Shown piece by piece: positions 9,033 through 15,491 of a stretch of DNA of 64,000 nucleotides (position 1 is its first letter; each line of letters opens with the position of its first letter). The stretch covers positions 32,001 to 96,000 of IMG/VR virus record IMGVR_UViG_3300045988_183134. One strand, written 5' to 3'. The position numbers were made by a program, and so were the translations under genes. Origin of the DNA: a virus. The notes under the pieces are model-generated. The model was not told where the DNA came from and did no database searches. It saw nothing but the letters and a program-made list of their open reading frames with translations.

Positions 9033-9509
9033 ATGAAGCACAAAATCTCGGAAACCGGCGCTCGGATGCTTAAATATCAAGAGCAGCTTGCCCGCGAATA
9101 CAAATACAAGCCTATTCCGCGTACCTTTTTCAAGGATGTGCGAGCAGAGTTCAAAGAAGCTCTGCCAGAATGGTGCAACGTATCCGGTGGTACGACCAAA
9201 CTCGAAACCAGTAACGGCACAGTCATTACCAGCGGGTACAACCGTATCGTGATTGGCGACTACGGCGCATTCGTTGAGTTTTCGCGTGCCCAAGCAAATG
9301 CACGTCATTTGAAAATCAAAGAGGGGCAGAGCTATCGTATCGAAGACCCGCGCTATGCTGAGCACGTCAAGTATCTTTGGCTCACGGCGGACGATGACTC
9401 AGACGTGAAAGTATACGACCAAAAGCGCTCGGTTGAGTACGCTGACTACAAGCCGGGGATGCTGTATGTCAGCGTGTACGAGGTGTTTCCGGCAGAAGAA
9501 GGTCACTGA
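9033..9509 (+). CDS. hypothetical protein
   Basis: Track ORF 9006..9509. ATG9033 lies 2 nt after the previous stop. Confidence 0.6.
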   Translation: MKHKISETGARMLKYQEQLAREYKYKPIPRTFFKDVRAEFKEALPEWCNVSGGTTKLETSNGTVITSGYNRIVIGDYGAFVEFSRAQANARHLKIKEGQSYRIEDPRYAEHVKYLWLTADDDSDVKVYDQKRSVEYADYKPGMLYVSVYEVFPAEEGH

Positions 9510-9736
9510 AAAGAAAGCCGAACCACGGGACGAATGGGGACAGGGTGATTCCATTGCCGACCTGTACGCGAAAAGTGGCGCTGTGGTTTCCATGGTAGGT
9601 TCGGCTAAAGATTTGCTGACTTCCCTGCAATCTGCCGGAACCACAAGACATTTGTGATGCGCTTGCCTCAACCACAAGATATAGTGGTATCTTAATGTTT
9701 GTTTACAATTTAGACACTATATATTGTGTCTTTTCA

Positions 9737-9765
9737 TTGACCGGATACCACATATATGGTATAAT
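9737..9765 (+). promoter_or_regulatory. strong sigma-A-type promoter of the first tRNA operon
   Basis: TTGACC (9737-42), 17 nt spacer, TGgTATAAT (extended -10, 9757-65). Confidence 0.7.
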
Positions 9766-10011
9766 ACAATTGTTCTCAGGAAGAGGAACGGCTCCTGAGA
9801 CATCAAGGTTTTCCTTTCCCCAATCTTGGTCGCATGGCTTCATTTGAGCTGACACAGGTGAAGCGTGAAAATCATCCGTTTCATAGTAATATCCTTCCTT
9901 TCTTTGGCGTGGGTAACTCCGCGCCAGCCGTCCAAGTAAACAGCCTCCACGCGGCGGACGGTGGACAACAGATGTTTCCGTGTTCCGGGCATCTGGCTAA
10001 TGTTTGTATTT

Positions 10012-10087
10012 GCTGGTTTAGCTCAGCTGGTAGAGCAACTGATTTGTAATCAGTCGGTCATCGGTTCAAGTCCGATTTCCAGCTCCA
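10012..10087 (+). tRNA. tRNA-Thr (TGT)
   Basis: Cloverleaf: gctggtt ta gctc agctggta gagc a actga tTTGTaa tcagt cggtc atcgg ttcaagt ccgat ttccagc t CCA. Two U-U mismatches at the base of the acceptor stem. Confidence 0.75.
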
Positions 10088-10560
10088 GACGCTATCCGTT
10101 GGATGTATCGAAATCACATGATACGATGCTATACACAACATCTGGCGGACAGCATGCCACCCATTAAGGCGGCCTCCTCGTGGCGGGTGGCGGACAGCGG
10201 CTCTTGCGGCTGCTGACGAATGTCTTAGAAGCATGCAAACGTACGAGCATCCCCGTCAAGTCGGGGCGCATCCAGACGCGACACAGCCGTAAAGGCGAGA
10301 TTGCTGCACGGCAACTGGTAAGTTTCGCCGCAGTCTCACACACAGCCCAACGACAACCGTTAACCCGATTTGACAGGGAATCAACGACAGGGCTCAAAAT
10401 TTGAAGTTGACCAACACCCAAGCGCTTTCTTGGATTCTCGCGTATCGTCAACGATGAGGTTCGCAAGATTGTCAGGTGGTGTGAAGATGACATCCGGGGA
10501 TGACGACCTACTAAACGGATGTCATGGCGGGGCTAAGTGAGGGTTCACCCGCAATCTTAT

Positions 10561-10635
10561 GCAGGTATCGTATAACGGCTAATACTCCGCCCCTCCAAGG
10601 CGGAGACGCGGGTTCGACCCCCGCTACTTGCTCCA
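10561..10635 (+). tRNA. tRNA-Gly (TCC) with C at position 33
   Basis: Cloverleaf: gcaggta tc gtat aacggcta atac t ccgcc ccTCCaa ggcgg agac gcggg ttcgacc cccgc tacttgc t CCA. The loop is CCUCCAA rather than CUUCCAA. Confidence 0.8.
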
Positions 10636-10907
10636 CACGTCGCAGTCACCGTACGCCACGACGTTAAACTTGGTGAGCATGGTCCACTTGTGGTCCGCTG
10701 TCCGAATGTCGATGAGACAGCCTCAAAAATAATAGACAAACAGGTGCTGTGCCTGAAAGTATTCGAAAGTCCCGGTGTTAGTCGCGAATAAGACCGGAAA
10801 ACGGTGAATAGGGTACAATACAGAATCTATCGGCGTGGCTGCCGAATGGTGCTGGATGCGAGTTGGCTTCTCGCTCAAGGGGTGACCAGCATAAAACACC
10901 CTATCGT

Positions 10908-10983
10908 GCTCGATTAGCTCAGTTGGTAGAGCAGCGCATTCGTAACGCGCAGGTCGGCAGTTCGAACCTGCCATCAAGCCCCA
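10908..10983 (+). tRNA. tRNA-Thr (CGT)
   Basis: Cloverleaf: gctcgat ta gctc agttggta gagc a gcgca ttCGTaa cgcgc aggtc ggcag ttcgaac ctgcc atcaagc c CCA. One mismatch each in the acceptor and anticodon stems. Confidence 0.7.
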
Positions 10984-11021
10984 TTACCCAATGAAGCGAC
11001 AATAGAAAGGAGATGAAACTT

Positions 11022-11405
11022 ATGGAACAGGCAATTATCAATGTTGAAGGTACGACTACCATTGAAACCGCTGCAGCGGCAAAAAAGCTGATTGAAATGT
11101 TTGGCAATCAGAACGTCCGCGCCATCGCTGTCAACCGTGTAAACGACAAGAGCGACGAGGTCATTGTTGAACTCGATTTCGTTCCCGGTTTGGCACCGCA
11201 TCTGCACGGCTTCACGCTTCAGGTTAATGGCTTGACCTGTGGTTATGCTGGTACTGGTCCTTCCAATCTGTATGAAGTCCTGCAGGCGGCTGGCGTGAGT
11301 GAAGCTCAGGTAGCACGCGAGGACATCACTCAGAAGAGCACAAAAACCATTCCTCTGCGCCTGGAACGCGCCGTGACTCAGTACGGCGACTTCCAGTTTG
11401 CGTAA
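11022..11405 (+). CDS. hypothetical protein embedded in the tRNA region
   Basis: Track ORF 11013..11405. The SD GAAAGGAG abuts ATG11013, so ATG11022 (9 nt spacing) is preferred. Confidence 0.6.
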   Translation: MEQAIINVEGTTTIETAAAAKKLIEMFGNQNVRAIAVNRVNDKSDEVIVELDFVPGLAPHLHGFTLQVNGLTCGYAGTGPSNLYEVLQAAGVSEAQVAREDITQKSTKTIPLRLERAVTQYGDFQFA

Positions 11406-11434
11406 CGCTATTTGGCGGGCTTGACCCGCCATCA

Positions 11435-11510
11435 TGGAGGGATAGCTTAGCTGGATAAAGCACCTGCCGCAAAGCAGGGTATCGATGGTTCGAGGCCATC
11501 TCCCTTCTCC
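11435..11510 (+). tRNA. tRNA-Cys (GCA)-like with a 6-nt anticodon loop
   Basis: Cloverleaf: ggaggga ta gctt agctggata aagc a cctgc cGCAaa gcagg gtatc gatgg ttcgagg ccatc tcccttc t CCA. U73 fits Cys identity. The loop is one nt short. Confidence 0.55.
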
Positions 11511-11870
11511 ATCCAGACACCCTTTCGCTTCCTTTCGCCAAAGGTATCTGGGGTATTGTACTGCATTGCGTGTAGTACGGCCAATCAGGCGCGGAACTCC
11601 GAAACCATACCACGAAGAATTTTATCCTCTCCGCGCAGCATGGACATGCGATTTTACGGGGATAAATTCAAACCGAAATTGTGTCGAGTGGCGAAGACGG
11701 TTGCGACACTGGCGAAGCACATATCTGCTTCGTCAACCATCCATGAGAAAGCCTCCACGTGGCAGATGGTGGGCAACGCAGCAAAGCTGCGGCTGATTTC
11801 TTTCAAACCGGTATCTGAATAAATGCAGATAAATAGACGAAAAAATCAAAAAAGCAAAGGAGTACACAGC

Positions 11871-13004
11871 ATGAGTAATCAGAAAATCATCAAAGCAATC
11901 GCAGGGATTGCAGCAGCCGGTATGATGGCAACTTGTCTGCCTGTCGCAGCATTCGCAGCCACCGGCGACACCTATCATTTCTCTTTCAGCAACGGTTCTT
12001 CCCAGGACCTGGCTCCGGGCGGCTCTATGACGTTCCCGGCAAGCCAGTATGACTACGGTTACTGGATTACCCTGCAGGGCCACGGCGGCTACACCTACAA
12101 CTACTATCCCGGCGACACTCTGCCGTACGATGCAGTTGACCAGTGGTTCACCGCTGACGGCATCACTTCCTGCTATGCGGCCGAAGGTAATCCGCGTTCC
12201 ATCACCATCAACTATCAGATTGACGGCAACACTGTGCTGACCGAAACTGACACCGCCACTTTCCCCGGCAGCGTTGATGGTCAGAGCGTTGAAGCCTGGA
12301 CCACGGATTCCGGTGATACTTACACCGCATCCAGCAAGAGCCTGAACCATGACCGCCTGTTCTACTACCTGGGCGACGACATCCACGACAATGTCCTGAC
12401 CCTGAAAGCCACTTCTGCATCCACTCCCGATGACGGCAAGGATGACAACAAGGGCGATGACAAGGGCGATGTCACCAACCCCGACGATAAGGGCGACAAC
12501 AAGGGCGACAATACCGGCGACAGCGGCACCACCACTCCCGATGACAAGGGCGACGTAGTGGCCCCCGATAAGGACAACACCGGTAAGGACAACACTTCTA
12601 CCGGCTCCAACAAGGGCAACGGTACTACCACCACTACTCCGACCGCTCCTCGCAAGAACGTTGAAGTCTCTGAGCACGGTGAAATTGCCGCCGCTATTGC
12701 CAATGGCACCTGGGGCAATGAGTACACCGTCTGCACCAGCTGTGGCTATCACAACTGGACCCGCAAGGGTAACGTTTACGTCTGTGACCATTGTGGTCAT
12801 GAAGTTCTGACTGTTAAGGGCGCTGATGGCGTCAAGGGCTATGCTGGCACTCTGGCTGGCAACGAGCCCCAGTACGCTTCTACCTCTGAAGCTCAGGCTG
12901 CTGCTGAAAAGCGTGAAGCCGCTTATGCCGCTTCCATCGCTGCTTTGCAGGCACAGGTTGCCGCTCGTGAAGCTGCTTATGCTGCTTCCCTGGGCATCCA
13001 CTAA
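11871..13004 (+). CDS. secreted protein with D/K/G-rich low-complexity linker and C-terminal CxxC zinc ribbon
   Basis: Signal peptide MSNQKIIKAIAGIAAAGMMATCLPVAAFA-A. Repeats DDKGDNKGD. CTSCGYH...CDHCGH. SD AAAGGAG before ATG11871. Confidence 0.8.
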   Translation: MSNQKIIKAIAGIAAAGMMATCLPVAAFAATGDTYHFSFSNGSSQDLAPGGSMTFPASQYDYGYWITLQGHGGYTYNYYPGDTLPYDAVDQWFTADGITSCYAAEGNPRSITINYQIDGNTVLTETDTATFPGSVDGQSVEAWTTDSGDTYTASSKSLNHDRLFYYLGDDIHDNVLTLKATSASTPDDGKDDNKGDDKGDVTNPDDKGDNKGDNTGDSGTTTPDDKGDVVAPDKDNTGKDNTSTGSNKGNGTTTTTPTAPRKNVEVSEHGEIAAAIANGTWGNEYTVCTSCGYHNWTRKGNVYVCDHCGHEVLTVKGADGVKGYAGTLAGNEPQYASTSEAQAAAEKREAAYAASIAALQAQVAAREAAYAASLGIH

Positions 13005-13041
13005 TTTGCCATCCTCTAACTAACGGTAATCGATAGTTATT

Positions 13042-13115
13042 CGAGGATTCGCCAAACGGTAAGGCATCAGGCTTTGACCCTGACAACGGTTGTTCGACTC
13101 GACCATTCTCGGCCA
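13042..13115 (+). tRNA. tRNA-Gln (TTG)
   Basis: Cloverleaf: cgaggat tc gcc aaacggtaa ggc a tcagg ctTTGac cctga caac ggttg ttcgact cgacc attctcg g CCA. Confidence 0.8.
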
Positions 13116-13195
13116 ACGCTCACTTTCATGCGCATCGGAAGTGAGATTCCTCAAAGCTGTGTTCCCATAAGCAAGGCACGGAAGATGCGCGACAA

Positions 13196-13271
13196 GTGCT
13201 CGTAACTCAATCGGTAGAGTACCCGACTTTTAATCGGGGTGTTCGGGATTCGATTTCCCGCGAGCGCACCA
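13196..13271 (+). tRNA. tRNA-Lys (TTT)
   Basis: Cloverleaf: gtgctcg ta actc aatcggta gagt a cccga ctTTTaa tcggg gtgtt cggga ttcgatt tcccg cgagcgc a CCA. Confidence 0.85.
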
Positions 13272-13302
13272 TGCCCGGCAGAGCATTATCTGCCACTTTT
13301 GT

Positions 13303-13378
13303 GGGTGTATAGCTCAGTAGGCAGAGCGGCGGACCGTTAATCCGTTTGTCGCAGGTTCAAATCCTGCTACGCCCGCCA
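13303..13378 (+). tRNA. tRNA-Asn (GTT) with C at position 33
   Basis: Cloverleaf: gggtgta ta gctc agtaggca gagc g gcgga ccGTTaa tccgt ttgtc gcagg ttcaaat cctgc tacgccc g CCA. Confidence 0.8.
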
Positions 13379-13381
13379 TAA

Positions 13382-13459
13382 GCTCCTCTGGTGAAATTGG
13401 CAGACACAGTGCGCTCAAACCGCACCGTTTTGAGGGTTCGAATCCCTCGGGGAGTACCA
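13382..13459 (+). tRNA. atypical tRNA, anticodon CAA (Leu-type D-arm but short variable region)
   Basis: Cloverleaf: gctcctc tg gtg aaattggcaga cac a gtgcg ctCAAac cgcac cgtttt gaggg ttcgaat ccctc ggggagt a CCA. G1-U72 pair. Confidence 0.6.
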
Positions 13460-13488
13460 TGTCCGGCAGTACAACAACTGCCATTTAT

Positions 13489-13564
13489 GGGTTGTTAGCT
13501 CAGCTGGTAGAGCAACGGACCGTTAATCCGTGGGCCGCAGGTTCAAACCCTGTACAACCCGCCA
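13489..13564 (+). tRNA. tRNA-Asn (GTT), second copy, also C33
   Basis: Cloverleaf: gggttgt ta gctc agctggta gagc a acgga ccGTTaa tccgt gggcc gcagg ttcaaac cctgt acaaccc g CCA. Confidence 0.8.
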
Positions 13565-13567
13565 TAT

Positions 13568-13642
13568 GCTCCAGTGGCGAAACTGGCAAACGCGGCGGCT
13601 TTATGTCCCGTTTTACTCTGGGTTCGACTCCCAGCTGGAGTA
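13568..13642 (+). tRNA. atypical tRNA-like gene, anticodon ambiguous (TAT if the loop is 7 nt)
   Basis: Cloverleaf: gctccag tg gcg aaactggcaaa cgc g gcggc ttTATgt cccgt tttact ctggg ttcgact cccag ctggagt a. C-C mismatch at 31-39 (or a 9-nt loop). No encoded CCA. Confidence 0.45.
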
Positions 13643-13649
13643 TCTATAT

Positions 13650-13725
13650 AGGGGTGTAGCTCAAGTGGTAGAGCAGCGGTCTCCAAAACCGCTTGTTGCA
13701 TGTTCGAGTCGTGTTACCCCTGCCA
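13650..13725 (+). tRNA. tRNA-Trp (CCA)
   Basis: Cloverleaf: aggggtg ta gctc aagtggta gagc a gcggt ctCCAaa accgc ttgtt gcatg ttcgagt cgtgt tacccct g CCA. Confidence 0.8.
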
Positions 13726-13735
13726 CAATAAGAAA

Positions 13736-13769
13736 AGCCGTCCTCACATAAGAGGCGGCTTTTTGTTTT
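13736..13769 (+). terminator. rho-independent terminator ending tRNA array 2
   Basis: AGCCGTCCTC-acataa-GAGGCGGCT followed by TTTTTGTTTT. Confidence 0.8.
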
Positions 13770-13807
13770 GGAGAGTATACAGACCAAAAAACTAAACCAC
13801 AAGTTGA

Positions 13808-13835
13808 TTGCAGATGTGCAAAAACATGGTATAAT
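13808..13835 (+). promoter_or_regulatory. sigma-A-type promoter
   Basis: TTGCAG (13808-13), 16 nt spacer, TGgTATAAT (13827-35). Confidence 0.55.
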
Positions 13836-13869
13836 AATATCAGAACGAAACGAAAGGAGATACCCCAAA

Positions 13870-14010
13870 ATGCTGTGCAACACTGTTAATGTCATGTCGT
13901 ATGAGTATAGTTACGAATATTCTGAGTTCATGTCCTTTGAACGCAGTTTTATTTCTCATACTCCTCGACAGGCAAAAACAGACCATGTACAGATGCGGTG
14001 CGTCTTCTAA
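13870..14010 (+). CDS. hypothetical small protein (46 aa)
   Basis: Strong SD GAAAGGAG 8 nt before ATG13870, inside track ORF 13768..14010. Confidence 0.45.
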   Translation: MLCNTVNVMSYEYSYEYSEFMSFERSFISHTPRQAKTDHVQMRCVF

Positions 14011-14095
14011 GCGATAACTGCATGTCATAGCTGCTTGTCGAGATTTCGGCAGGCAGCTTTTTTGTTGCCTGCAATACAGAAAGGCAGCAAGAAAA

Positions 14096-14317
14096 ATGAA
14101 CGTTCCTACTATTGATATCCAGCAGACAGGTGCCAATATCAAGGCCCTGCGAAAGGCAGCAGGCATCAAGGTGAAGGATGTGGCAGACATGCTCGGTGTA
14201 TCTCCGCAGGCGGTTGCTAAATGGCAAGCCGGAACAGCGCTTCCCACCATCGATAACCTTGTGATATTAGCAGCAATGCTCGATACGAAAATTGATGACA
14301 TCCTTGTCATCGCATAA
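14096..14317 (+). CDS. XRE-family HTH transcriptional regulator
   Basis: IKALRKAAGIKVKDVADMLGVSPQAVAKWQAGTALPTIDNLVILAAML is a canonical HTH_3/Cro-C1 pattern. Confidence 0.85.
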   Translation: MNVPTIDIQQTGANIKALRKAAGIKVKDVADMLGVSPQAVAKWQAGTALPTIDNLVILAAMLDTKIDDILVIA

Positions 14318-14346
14318 ACCCTCGCCGCAGGATTGCGGCTATATAT

Positions 14347-14426
14347 GGCCCGTTGGACGAATTGGTAGAGTTGCCGCCCTTTCACGGCGGAGGTTATTGT
14401 GGGTTCGAAACCCACACGGGTCACCA
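14347..14426 (+). tRNA. tRNA-Glu (TTC)
   Basis: Cloverleaf: ggcccgt tg gac gaattggtaga gtt g ccgcc ctTTCac ggcgg aggttatt gtggg ttcgaaa cccac acgggtc a CCA. Confidence 0.75.
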
Positions 14427-14427
14427 T

Positions 14428-14503
14428 GCTTCTGTAGCTCAACAGGTAGAGCAGTGGTCTGAAGAGCCACGTGCAGCTGGTTCGAATCCAGCCGGAAGCA
14501 CCA
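14428..14503 (+). tRNA. tRNA-Phe (GAA)
   Basis: Cloverleaf: gcttctg ta gctc aacaggta gagc a gtggt ctGAAga gccac gtgca gctgg ttcgaat ccagc cggaagc a CCA. Confidence 0.85.
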
Positions 14504-14527
14504 TCGAGGTTTTATACCTCATTCTAT

Positions 14528-14612
14528 GTGTCGGTATGCAAGTGGTTAAAGCAAACGGTCTGTAAAACCGCTCCGTTACGGTTCACTGGTTCGAATCCAG
14601 TCCGACACACCA
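14528..14612 (+). tRNA. tRNA-Tyr (GTA), class II
   Basis: Cloverleaf: gtgtcgg ta tgc aagtggttaa agca a acggt ctGTAaa accgc, long variable arm tccgttacggttc, actgg ttcgaat ccagt ccgacac a CCA. Confidence 0.85.
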
Positions 14613-14615
14613 TAA

Positions 14616-14689
14616 GGCCCCTTCGACAAGTTGGTCTAAGTCGCCAGCCTCTCAAGCTGGAGTCGGCAGTTCGAGTCTGCCAGGGGTCA
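14616..14689 (+). tRNA. tRNA-Glu (CTC)
   Basis: Cloverleaf: ggcccct tc gac aagttggtctaa gtc g ccagc ctCTCaa gctgg agtc ggcag ttcgagt ctgcc aggggtc a. No encoded CCA. Confidence 0.75.
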
Positions 14690-14725
14690 TACAAGCACCT
14701 ATGTTATGTCAAAAAGGTGCATTAT

Positions 14726-14815
14726 GCAGAGGTCGCCTAACGGTAGGGCAGCAGCTTGCTAAGCTGCCGTCGCGGAAATCGCGGCATGTGAGTTCGAATC
14801 TCACCCTCTGCGCCA
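14726..14815 (+). tRNA. tRNA-Ser (GCT), class II
   Basis: Cloverleaf: gcagagg tc gcc taacggtag ggc a gcagc ttGCTaa gctgc, long variable arm cgtcgcggaaatcgcggca, T-arm gtgag ttcgaat ctcac, cctctgc g CCA. Confidence 0.85.
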
Positions 14816-14818
14816 TCT

Positions 14819-14906
14819 GCTTGCTTGTTCGAGTGGTTGATGAAATCGGTCCAGAAAACCGACGATGGGAGACTGTCCGAAGGTTCGAATCCTTCAGCAA
14901 GCGCCA
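14819..14906 (+). tRNA. tRNA-Ser-like, class II, unusual loop CCAGAAA (anticodon AGA with C33)
   Basis: Cloverleaf: gcttgct tg ttc gagtggttgat gaa a tcggt ccAGAaa accga, long variable arm, gaagg ttcgaat ccttc agcaagc g CCA. Confidence 0.65.
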
Positions 14907-15265
14907 CTGCCCTCATTCTGTGCGGTATCCGTGCAGGTGAGGGCTTTTTCTTTTGCTTTTCGCTTCGAATTTCGGACTCGAATGGCGTTAATGGTCGGAT
15001 ATTCTTGATTATACATGCCTTTGCTGTATGGCAAATAGCTCCAAACAGTATTGGTTTTTACACCCAATTCTTCTGCAATTTCAGGAACTGACATACCGTT
15101 CGCACGCAGCTTCCCGATTTTTTCTGATGTTTCATCTGACCATGCCCCGGCTGTAATCAGTATTTTGCGCACTTTCTGCAATGAGATGCCTGCACGTTTG
15201 GCAATGGTTCTTCTAGGTATACCTTGCTCATGGAGCCGGAGAACCGTCTGCATTGTCGCGTCCAT
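14894..15265 (-). CDS. DNA-binding protein with 2 HTH modules; the only convincing minus-strand gene
   Basis: IPRRTIAKRAGISLQKVRKIL and SVPEIAEELGVKTNTVWSYL. SD GAGGT 9 nt upstream on the minus strand. The C-terminus runs into the terminator and tRNA-Ser 3' end. Confidence 0.7.
   Translation of the reverse strand: MDATMQTVLRLHEQGIPRRTIAKRAGISLQKVRKILITAGAWSDETSEKIGKLRANGMSVPEIAEELGVKTNTVWSYLPYSKGMYNQEYPTINAIRVRNSKRKAKEKALTCTDTAQNEGSGAC
14909..14949. terminator. hairpin terminator shared by tRNA array 3 (+) and the convergent minus-strand gene
   Basis: GCCCTCA...TGAGGGC stem with a T-run on the + side. Confidence 0.65.
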
Positions 15266-15430
15266 TTGTCAGTACCTCGCCGTTATCGATTTTTGTATTG
15301 CCCTAATTGTTGTACTTTAATCATACAGCAAAGCAACAAAATTGTCCAGGAAGCAAAAGTGCCTTCATTTGCCACTGATTCATCTATTGCAAAAGAATGT
15401 GTATAAACTGTTACCATTTAACGCTTTCCG

Positions 15431-15459
15431 TTGTGAGAAATTGCGAATCGCGGTATAAT
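15431..15459 (+). promoter_or_regulatory. promoter of the TGCGAA-spacer class (no leader module)
   Basis: TTGTGA-gaaat-TGCGAA-tcgcgg-TATAAT. Divergent from the minus-strand HTH gene. Confidence 0.65.
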
Positions 15460-15491
15460 TAAAGTGTAGAAAATGAAAGGATTTTTGCCGT

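Noticed and set aside
10088-10560. tmRNA or a group I intron between tRNA-Thr and tRNA-Gly.
   Set aside because: There is no tRNA-like 3' domain (no GGTTCGA..CCA end), no tag-peptide ORF ending in a stop, and no recognisable P3/P7 intron core. It is kept only as an unexplained structured spacer.
10770-10850. RNase P RNA-like strings in a tRNA spacer, in the canonical CR-I, CR-II/III, CR-V order: GAAAGTCCCGG, GGTGAATAGGGT and ACAGAATCTATCGGC.
   Set aside because: Only short partial matches are present. The spacer (~270 nt) lacks the intervening helices, and I cannot fold a P4 pseudoknot by eye. This is worth a cmsearch but is not supportable as a feature.
13459-14442. Track ORFs overlapping the tRNA arrays: 13459..13659, 13530..13751, 13840..14442(-), 14353..14565, 14471..14740 and 14701..14940.
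   Set aside because: Their sequences are translations of tRNA genes (for example AQLVEQ and GSNP strings). No SD sites are present.
10012-14906. The tRNA cluster as a prophage attachment site or integration hotspot.
   Set aside because: No integrase, recombinase or direct repeat of a tRNA 3' end is visible in the window. The arrays have their own promoters and terminators and look like phage-borne tRNA operons.
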